Positions 1 through 5,963 of a DNA stretch of 10,368 nt are shown piece after piece. Made by a program: the position numbers and the translations under genes. How positions within the stretch are numbered: the first letter of the stretch is position 1; every line of letters begins with the position of its first letter. Origin of the DNA: an uncultured Gammaproteobacteria bacterium (GTDB lineage Bacteria; Patescibacteriota; Patescibacteriia; UBA2591; UBA6264); the NCBI GenBank assembly GCA_964617525.1, contig CAZTWG010000015.1, positions 1 to 10,368 on the forward strand. Reading direction: 5' to 3'. Under the pieces are notes generated by a model. It was given only the letters and a program-made list of their open reading frames with translations. It had not been told where the DNA came from and did not search any database.

Positions 1-87
1 ACAAAATATTAATGTGACATTCTATTTATTATATCGTCTTAGTTAGTAATAAGTAGTACTGCGTAAGAAAACTAAAATATATTTTGT

Positions 88-130
88 GCCCCCGATATGC
101 AATTTAGCTAGGGGGCTTTTTATTTTTTTT
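88..130 (+). terminator. Rho-independent terminator for an upstream + strand transcript that ends at or before the window start
   Basis: GCCCCC (88-93) pairs with GGGGGC (111-116) around a 17-nt loop, followed by TTTTTATTTTTTTT (117-130). All three + frames reach a stop codon by nt 46, so any upstream + strand gene ends just before this hairpin. Confidence 0.7.
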
Positions 131-131
131 C

Positions 132-162
132 AAAAAAAATAGAGAGATATTTCTATCTCTCT
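132..162 (-). terminator. Rho-independent terminator of the small - strand ORF
   Basis: Perfect 9-bp stem AGAGAGATA (141-149) / TATCTCTCT (154-162) with a 4-nt loop. Read on the - strand it is followed by an 8-nt T run (complement of A132-A139). It lies 22 nt downstream of the ORF stop codon (184-186). Confidence 0.7.
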
Positions 163-183
163 TAATAATGTTATTCCTCGTAA

Positions 184-471
184 TTACTCACGAATAATTA
201 ACAGTCCAAAATGACCAACATTGTCCTCTACAGTGCCTGCTGATCCTTCAATAATTCTATTTGATCTACATTCATTCCCTCTAAAAAGGGAATAATCCTG
301 ATAACAGCCATTATGATCTTCCAAAAGATGAAATTTGGTCACCATAACCTTGACTTCTACTTCTTCCTTTAGTTGATTGATCCCGATAAATACAATCGGA
401 ACATGCTTTTTTTGAGCATCTCGGATATCCTTCACTGGAACCCCTCTTGTGATAGATATTATTTCTATCAT
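184..471 (-). CDS. Small hypothetical protein (95 aa from ATG at 471; MIEIISITRGVPVKD...); family not recognised
   Basis: Open frame with its own promoter, SD and terminator. The ORF-track start at 480 is a GTG embedded in the SD, so I prefer the ATG at 469-471. That ATG sits 8 nt downstream of the GGAGG core (480-484, - strand; context AAAGGAGGTGATAAAAATG). No TM segment or motif that I can name. Confidence 0.65.
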   Translation of the reverse strand: MIEIISITRGVPVKDIRDAQKKHVPIVFIGINQLKEEVEVKVMVTKFHLLEDHNGCYQDYSLFRGNECRSNRIIEGSAGTVEDNVGHFGLLIIRE

Positions 472-525
472 TTTTATCACCTCCTTTGAAATAAACTACC
501 CTTTGTCGAGTAGCTGATGGTTGTA

Positions 526-553
526 ATGATACCAGTTTTCCGCAAATTGTCAA
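526..553 (-). promoter_or_regulatory. Near-consensus sigma70-type promoter for the small ORF
   Basis: On the - strand: TTGACA (548-553), 16-nt spacer, TATCAT (526-531), with TGn immediately upstream of the -10 (extended -10). Implies a 5' UTR of roughly 50 nt ending in the strong SD. Confidence 0.55.
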
Positions 554-583
554 GCTTTATATTAAAATTTTATAATTTTTTTA

Positions 584-655
584 TAGCCCTATGGAGAATC
601 GAACTCCAGTTTCTTGGATGAGAACCAAGTGTCCTAACCACTAGACGATAGGGCC
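584..655 (-). tRNA. tRNA-Glu, anticodon CUC
   Basis: Reverse complement GGCCCTATCGTCTAGTGGTTAGGACACTTGGTTCTCATCCAAGAAACTGGAGTTCGATTCTCCATAGGGCTA folds as a cloverleaf. Anticodon stem CTTGG/CCAAG, loop TT-CTC-AT (U33, A37). T arm TGGAG-TTCGATT-CTCCA. Acceptor 7 bp with G1-U72 wobble, discriminator A, no encoded CCA. Confidence 0.9.
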
Positions 656-696
656 TAGATATTTTGAATATAACATAATTTTTTAATCTTGACTAC

Positions 697-725
697 TTGA
701 TTTTGATTAGAAAATAAGATAAAAT
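697..725 (+). promoter_or_regulatory. Candidate glyA promoter placing the TSS at or next to the start codon
   Basis: TTGATT (697-702), 17-nt spacer, TAAAAT (720-725). The -10 ends 7 nt before the A of ATG 732, and there is no SD between them. AT-rich context makes false positives easy. Confidence 0.35.
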
Positions 726-731
726 AATGTC

Positions 732-2006
732 ATGGCTAATATTAACAAAGTTGACCCACAAATTGCTAAACTAATTTCTCAGGAAAAAAAAAGACAAAAG
801 AAGGGTTTAGTTTTAATTCCTTCAGAAAATTTTGTTTCAAAAGCAATATTAGAAGCACTTGGTTCAATCTGTACAAACAAATACTCAGAAGGATATCCAG
901 ATAAAAGATATTACAGTGGGAATAAATATATTGATAAAATTGAAAAAATAGCTCAAGAAAGAGCTAAAAAAATATTTAATGCCGAACATGCCAATGTTCA
1001 ACCATATTCTGGCTCTCCCGCAAATTTAGCCGTTTATTTAGCTTTAGCTAAGCCAGGAGATACCATTATGGGTATGAGTTTATCTCAGGGCGGACATTTA
1101 ACTCACGGACATAAAGTAAATATTTCAGGCAAACTTTTTAATTTTGTTCAATATGGAGTTGATAAAAAAACTCATTTGATAGATTATGACCAAATAGAAA
1201 AATTAGCAAAAAAGTATCGTCCAAAAATTATTGTTTCTGGCGCCACTGCTTACTCTAGAATTATTAAATTCAAAAAAATTCATAAAATTGCACATAAAGT
1301 AGGAGCAATTAGTATGGCTGATATATCTCATATTGCTGGATTGATTGTTGCTAAATGTCATCCAAGCCCGCTACCTTTTACTGATATTGTTACAACAACG
1401 ACACATAAAACATTAAGAGGCCCTAGAGGAGCAATCATTCTATGCAAAAAAGAATATGCGACAGACATTGATAAAATGGTTTTCCCAGGACTACAGGGCG
1501 GTCCTCATGAAAACAATATTGCAGGTATAGCTGTAGCGCTCAAAGAAGCTTCTAGAAAAAGCTTTCAAAAATATGGCGAGCAGATTATTAAAAATAGCAA
1601 AGCATTAGCTCAATCTTTAAAGGAGCAAGGATTAAATCTTATTTCTAATGGGACAGACAACCATCTCGTTTTAGTTGACTTAACTAAGGATAAAATTACT
1701 GGTAGTCAGGCAGAAAAAGTTTTAGAAAAGATGAAAATTTACGTCAACAAGAATACTATTCCCAATGACACTCATAGTCCTTTCAATCCCTCGGGGATTA
1801 GGTTGGGTACCCCAGCATTGACTACCCAAGGATTCAAAGAAAAGGAAATGAAAATAATTGGAGAACTAATCGCCCAAGTAATTCACAACGTAGATAGTCC
1901 CAAAATATTAAAACAAATCAAACAAAAAGTAAAAAAATTAATAATTTCTCATGATATTAAATGGCAAAAAAATAGCCGAACAAATCAAAAAACAATTAAA
2001 GAATAA
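732..2006 (+). CDS. glyA: Serine hydroxymethyltransferase
   Basis: Full-length SHMT-like sequence: LIPSENF, YSEGYP, SLSQGGHLTHGH, and the PLP-lysine motif TTTTHKTLRGPRG (Lys226, nt 1407-1409). The C-terminal ~20 aa overlap folD and look like an extension (see findings). Confidence 0.95.
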   Translation: MANINKVDPQIAKLISQEKKRQKKGLVLIPSENFVSKAILEALGSICTNKYSEGYPDKRYYSGNKYIDKIEKIAQERAKKIFNAEHANVQPYSGSPANLAVYLALAKPGDTIMGMSLSQGGHLTHGHKVNISGKLFNFVQYGVDKKTHLIDYDQIEKLAKKYRPKIIVSGATAYSRIIKFKKIHKIAHKVGAISMADISHIAGLIVAKCHPSPLPFTDIVTTTTHKTLRGPRGAIILCKKEYATDIDKMVFPGLQGGPHENNIAGIAVALKEASRKSFQKYGEQIIKNSKALAQSLKEQGLNLISNGTDNHLVLVDLTKDKITGSQAEKVLEKMKIYVNKNTIPNDTHSPFNPSGIRLGTPALTTQGFKEKEMKIIGELIAQVIHNVDSPKILKQIKQKVKKLIISHDIKWQKNSRTNQKTIKE

Positions 2007-2727
2007 TATTGAAAAATATAAATTAGTCCCTGGACTAGCAATAATTTTAATTGGCAAAAACCAAAATTCAAATATTTATGTTAAATTGAAACAAAAGGCT
2101 AGCAAAAGTATAGGGATTAAATGCCAAACATTTCCTTTCCCGTCAAAATGCAAACAAAAAGATATCCTAAAATTGATAGAAAAATTAAATAATGACCCAA
2201 AAATACATGGTATTATAATCCAAATGCCAATACCTAAACGTCTTAACCCCAATCTATTAGTAAACTCTATTTCGCCGAACAAAGATGTTGATGGCTTCCA
2301 AGAAAAATCAAAATTTAGGTCACCCACTCATCAAGCAATTATTAAATTGATAAAAGCGAGCAAACAAAATTTAAAGAATAAAAAAGCTTTAATTCTAAGC
2401 AAAAACCATATTTTTGCTAATCCACTTAAGGATTTTTTGGGGGAACTCTCAATATTAAGCTCTTGGGATGTGAAACCCTCCAAGAATATCCATAGAGCAG
2501 ATATCATAATTAGCGTATTGGGACAACCGAATATTATCAAACCAAAAATGGTAAAAGAAAATGCTATTGTAATTGATGTCGGTTATAGTAGAATTAAAAA
2601 TAAAGCTTATGGTGATGTATCCCATAAGGTCAAAGAAAAAAATGTATTCGTTTCACCAGTACCTGGTGGAGTCGGACCATTGACTGTTATCTATCTTTTA
2701 AAAAATGTTTATTTATCTGCTAAATAA
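1951..2727 (+). CDS. folD: Methylenetetrahydrofolate dehydrogenase / methenyl-THF cyclohydrolase homolog (FolD-like, short and divergent)
   Basis: N-terminus MILNGKKIAEQIK. Motifs SNIYVKLKQK (catalytic-Lys motif), IIQMPIP, KDVDGF, VIDVG, YGDV, SPVPGGVGPLT. At 258 aa it is shorter than typical FolD, and the Gly-rich dinucleotide loop is degenerate. Confidence 0.85.
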   Translation: MILNGKKIAEQIKKQLKNNIEKYKLVPGLAIILIGKNQNSNIYVKLKQKASKSIGIKCQTFPFPSKCKQKDILKLIEKLNNDPKIHGIIIQMPIPKRLNPNLLVNSISPNKDVDGFQEKSKFRSPTHQAIIKLIKASKQNLKNKKALILSKNHIFANPLKDFLGELSILSSWDVKPSKNIHRADIIISVLGQPNIIKPKMVKENAIVIDVGYSRIKNKAYGDVSHKVKEKNVFVSPVPGGVGPLTVIYLLKNVYLSAK

Positions 2728-2779
2728 TATAATTCATTTTAAATCTTATAAATTATTAATTCATTAAATTATTTATTTT

Positions 2780-3001
2780 ATGTCAAAAATCTTAAGCATT
2801 ATTCAAATCATCGTATCTTTATCATTAGTTCTCTGCATTCTTTTCCAATCACGAGAAGGAGGATTATCTAATTTGCTTGGAGGAGGAGGAGAAGTTTATC
2901 GTACTAAAAGAGGTTTAGAGAAAACGATTTTTATCGTTACTATTATTTTAGCTTTTGCCTTTATTGGGTTAGGAATTGCCCGCTTTCTATTAGCTAAATA
3001 A
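2780..3001 (+). CDS. secG: Preprotein translocase subunit SecG
   Basis: 73 aa with two hydrophobic helices flanking a Gly-rich loop: ...LCILFQSREGGLSNLLGGGGEVYRTKRGLEKTIF.... This is the typical SecG layout and length. Confidence 0.8.
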   Translation: MSKILSIIQIIVSLSLVLCILFQSREGGLSNLLGGGGEVYRTKRGLEKTIFIVTIILAFAFIGLGIARFLLAK

Positions 3002-3009
3002 AAGAAATT

Positions 3010-4731
3010 ATGGCTTTTAAAAAAAGAATTCTTAAGCTACATTCTCAAAAAACAAAAAGCATTCCCTCTTTTAAGCAGTTAAAATACATTAAACACCTTT
3101 TAGATAAAAGAGAAAGAAAAATAATCTTTTATTTATTTTGGTTGAGTTTAATTTCTTTGCTTGGACTACTTTTCTCTCTTTATTTTAAAAATTCTGAGAT
3201 TAAACCATCTTACGGAGGTACATATAGCGAGGGCTTGATTGGTCAACCAAAATTTATTAATCCTATTTTAGCTAATGATGATATTGACTTGGCTATTAGT
3301 GGTCTAATTTTTTCCGGTTTATTTAAATATGATAAAAATAATGAAATACAGGCTGATTTAGCTAAAACTCTACCTTCTGATATAAACGAAAATAACAAAA
3401 CTATCTGTCTGAAACCTAATATTTTTTGGCACGACAAAGAAAGATTAACTACCGCTGACTTAATTTTTACTCTTGAATTAATCCAAAAGATAAAATCTAA
3501 ATCGCCATTGTTTGAAAAATTAAAAAATACTGAGTTTTCAGTCATTGATGACAATTGTTTTAGTTTCAAAAATGCTAAATTATCAGATTTATGCTTTGGA
3601 ATTTTACCTAAACATATTTGGCAAACATTAGAACCAGCAAAAATAAATCAATCTATATACAACCTAAAACCAATAGGTAGTGGACCATTCCAATTTGTTT
3701 CTTTGACAAATAGCAGAGAAGATGGCATAAAAAGCTATAAATTAAAACAAAATAAAGATTATTATAATAAAATACCATATATAGAGCAAATAATTTTTAG
3801 ATTTTATCAAAACTTTACTCAAGCTACTCAGGCCTTAAAAGAAAGAAAAATTAGTGGATTAGGCAATATCCCTCAAAACTTGAAAGAAGAAGTTATTGGA
3901 CTAAAAAAAATTAGATACTATCCTCTAAGTTTACCACATTATACTGCTGCCTTTTTCAATCTAGATGACCCCTTGTTGAAAAACAAAAATATCCGCCAAG
4001 CTTTAGCTTTACTTACCCCCAAAGAAGAAATCTTGAGTGCTGTTTTGAATGGGAATGGCATTATTATGGATGGACCCCTTTTGCCTACCTCTAATTTGCT
4101 AAATCCTAATATTAAAAAATATGAATATAATCCTCAATCAGCACAAGAAATTCTGAAAAAAGCAGGATGGGAAAACAAAGAAAATGGATTTTTAGAAAAA
4201 AACGGAGATATTCTAGAGCTAAGTTTGACTACTATTGAAGAAACTGATTTTAATAAGATTGCGACTTTATTACAACAATCTTGGCAAAATGCAGGCATTA
4301 AAATAAAGCTAATATCAATCCCAGCAGAACAAATACAAGAAGTTATAAAAACTCGTAATTTTAAAATATTCTTATACGGAATATTACCCAAAACTGATTT
4401 TAATCCATATTTCTTCTGGCACTCTTCTCAAAAAAATTTTCCTGGTTTGAATCTAACTGGGTTTAACAATCGAAGGGTTGATGAATTGCTAGAAAAAGCT
4501 TATTATCTAAACGATGATGAAACAAAAGAAAAATATTATGACGAATTTCAAGAAATTATAGCAGCTAATATTCCAGCTATATTCTTATATACCACCAATT
4601 ACGACTACTTTATAAACAAAAAAATAAAAGGAATAAGCATTTCCCAAATTGACCATCCTAAGGATAGATTTAGAGACATTGAAAATTGGTATACAAGAAC
4701 CTCTCGTCACTTCGTTCCTCGAGAACCTTGA
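3010..4731 (+). CDS. ABC-transporter family-5 (peptide/nickel, OppA/DppA-like) solute-binding protein with N-terminal TM anchor
   Basis: 573 aa. Basic N-terminus, then the hydrophobic helix IIFYLFWLSLISLLGLLFSLYF, then a family-5 SBP-like body (YSEGLIGQPKFINPILA, WHD, GSGPF, the PHYTAAFFNLD region, LYG...P, ending ENWY). No lipobox Cys. No permease or ATPase genes in the window. Confidence 0.75.
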   Translation: MAFKKRILKLHSQKTKSIPSFKQLKYIKHLLDKRERKIIFYLFWLSLISLLGLLFSLYFKNSEIKPSYGGTYSEGLIGQPKFINPILANDDIDLAISGLIFSGLFKYDKNNEIQADLAKTLPSDINENNKTICLKPNIFWHDKERLTTADLIFTLELIQKIKSKSPLFEKLKNTEFSVIDDNCFSFKNAKLSDLCFGILPKHIWQTLEPAKINQSIYNLKPIGSGPFQFVSLTNSREDGIKSYKLKQNKDYYNKIPYIEQIIFRFYQNFTQATQALKERKISGLGNIPQNLKEEVIGLKKIRYYPLSLPHYTAAFFNLDDPLLKNKNIRQALALLTPKEEILSAVLNGNGIIMDGPLLPTSNLLNPNIKKYEYNPQSAQEILKKAGWENKENGFLEKNGDILELSLTTIEETDFNKIATLLQQSWQNAGIKIKLISIPAEQIQEVIKTRNFKIFLYGILPKTDFNPYFFWHSSQKNFPGLNLTGFNNRRVDELLEKAYYLNDDETKEKYYDEFQEIIAANIPAIFLYTTNYDYFINKKIKGISISQIDHPKDRFRDIENWYTRTSRHFVPREP

Positions 4732-4785
4732 TTCGCTAAGGAATAATTATATAACTCTTGAATTAAGAACGAGAAGGATTATTAA

Positions 4786-4869
4786 GCCGAGGTGATGGAA
4801 TTGGGAGACATGCAGCGTTCAGAGCGCTGTGGACGCAAGTTCGTGCGGGTTCAACTCCCGCCCTCGGCA
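4786..4869 (+). tRNA. tRNA-Leu, anticodon CAG (class II, long variable arm)
   Basis: GCCGAGGTGATGGAATTGGGAGACATGCAGCGTTCAGAGCGCTGTGGACGCAAGTTCGTGCGGGTTCAACTCCCGCCCTCGGCA. Acceptor GCCGAGG/CCTCGGC. Anticodon stem CAGCG/CGCTG with loop TT-CAG-AG. Long variable arm. T arm GCGGG-TTCAACT-CCCGC. Discriminator A, no encoded CCA. Confidence 0.92.
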
Positions 4870-4905
4870 TTATATATAAAAATAAAACAAAAATAATATT
4901 CACTC

Positions 4906-4979
4906 CGTTAGAAATTTTATGTCCAGAAGCTTCTAACGAGGATATTACAAAAATAAAATTTATGAGAATTTCTAACGAG
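4906..4979 (+). promoter_or_regulatory. Triple-repeat element spanning the trpS leader and start codon (candidate operator or alternative RNA pairing)
   Basis: TTCTAACGAG occurs twice as a direct repeat (4931-4940 and 4970-4979). Its inverted partner CGTTAGAA(ATT) is at 4906-4916. Element A can pair 8 bp with copy B, or 11 bp with AATTTCTAACG (4967-4977), which starts 3 nt after the trpS ATG (4962-4964). Confidence 0.4.
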
Positions 4980-5963
4980 ATAAAATTATTTAGTGGCATC
5001 CAGCCAACAGGCATACTTCATATTGGCAACTATTTTGGAACCATCAAAAATTGGGTTAAACTACAAAAAAAATACGATAGCATTTTTTGTGTTGTTGACT
5101 ACCACTCCTTAACTGAGACAATTGATCCTAAAGAATTATCAAAACAAACCTTAGATATGGCTATGGATTTAATGGCTTGCGGGATTGACCCTGTTAAATC
5201 AACTCTTTTTGTCCAATCATCTGTTCCTGAACATACAGAATTAACATGGATATTAAGTTCTTTTACTCCTTTAGCTGAATTGCAACGCATGACTCAATTT
5301 AAAGAAAAATCTCAAAAAAACACTAAAAATATTAATGCTGGACTACTATATTACCCAATTTTAATGGCAGCTGATATTTTGCTTTATAAAGCAGAAATGG
5401 TTCCCGTCGGACATGACCAATTACAACATCTTGAGATAGCTCGTACTATTGCTCGTAAATTCAATAAAAAGCTAGGGAAAACCTTCCCTGAACCAAAGAG
5501 TCTTCTAGCGCCTAACCCCAGAATAATGAGCTTAATAAATCCTAAAGAAAAAATGAGTAAAAGTGGAAGTATAAATAGCTTTATTGCTTTATCTGACTCT
5601 TTGGCAACTATTGAGAAAAAGCTTGCTAGCGCTATGACCGACCCAGCCAGAAAAAGACTTACCGACAAAGGGACACCAGCTAAATGTAATCTTTACAAAT
5701 TACACAAACTTGTTTCCGATGTTTCTGATTTAAGATATGTAGAAAAAGGATGCAATCAGGCTAAAATTGGATGCTTAGAATGCAAAAAACTATTAGCTAA
5801 AAATATATTTAAAGAATTAGAACCAATCCAACAGAGAAAAAGAAAATTAGAGAAAAATCCCGAGAAGATAAAAAAAATACTCCGAAACGGAGCTTTGAGG
5901 GCGCAAAAGATCGCTAGAGAGAATATGAAAGAAATTAAGAAAAAAATTGGATTATTCTCTTAA
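4962..5963 (+). CDS. trpS: Tryptophan--tRNA ligase
   Basis: FSGIQPTGILHIGNY (HIGN, nt 5019-5030), PILMAADILLY, VPVGHDQLQH, KMSKS (nt 5550-5564). Size (333 aa) is typical for bacterial TrpRS. Carries a four-Cys motif (C242, C264, C271, C274). Confidence 0.95.
   Translation: MRISNEIKLFSGIQPTGILHIGNYFGTIKNWVKLQKKYDSIFCVVDYHSLTETIDPKELSKQTLDMAMDLMACGIDPVKSTLFVQSSVPEHTELTWILSSFTPLAELQRMTQFKEKSQKNTKNINAGLLYYPILMAADILLYKAEMVPVGHDQLQHLEIARTIARKFNKKLGKTFPEPKSLLAPNPRIMSLINPKEKMSKSGSINSFIALSDSLATIEKKLASAMTDPARKRLTDKGTPAKCNLYKLHKLVSDVSDLRYVEKGCNQAKIGCLECKKLLAKNIFKELEPIQQRKRKLEKNPEKIKKILRNGALRAQKIARENMKEIKKKIGLFS

Noticed and set aside
472-480. ORF-track start at 480 for the small - strand ORF
   Set aside because: The codon at 478-480 is GTG and is part of the GGAGGTG Shine-Dalgarno sequence. 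The ATG at 469-471 has ideal 8-nt spacing from the SD core, so I moved the start.
311-553. 80-aa - strand ORF overlapping the small ORF, its SD and its promoter
   Set aside because: It lies in a different frame across a better-supported CDS and its expression signals. It has no start context of its own and is probably a chance open frame.
2076-2540. Two - strand ORFs (83 aa and 69 aa) antisense to folD
   Set aside because: They are entirely nested antisense within a motif-supported CDS. The translations are low-complexity and hydrophobic, as expected from antisense AT-rich coding DNA.
3243-4391. - strand ORFs 3243-3569 and 4134-4391, antisense to the SBP gene
   Set aside because: They are nested antisense to a long, well-supported CDS. 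No motifs and no start signals.
4697-4778. Imperfect complementarity between the 3' end of the SBP gene (CCTCTCGT) and ACGAGAAGG upstream of tRNA-Leu
   Set aside because: The pairing is only about 8 bp with a bulge and an approximately 50-nt loop, and no U-run follows. It is indistinguishable from chance.
4757-4784. TTGAAT-N16-TATTAA promoter-like pair directly abutting tRNA-Leu
   Set aside because: The -10 would end 1 nt before the mature tRNA 5' end, placing the TSS inside the tRNA. TTGATT (4728-4733)-N16-TATAAC (4750-4755) is a more plausible but still weak alternative, and I did not list it as a feature.
4870-4961. T-box riboswitch upstream of trpS
   Set aside because: The spacer is only about 90 nt. 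It lacks a Stem I/specifier architecture, the conserved T-box sequence, and a terminator or antiterminator with a U-run. The repeats found there are reported separately as an unclassified element.
4763-5014. 83-aa - strand ORF spanning tRNA-Leu and the trpS start
   Set aside because: It reads straight through the antisense of a well-folded tRNA gene and a regulatory spacer. Not credible as coding.
5099-5668. - strand ORFs 5099-5290 and 5384-5668, antisense to trpS
   Set aside because: Nested antisense to a motif-rich CDS, with no independent support.
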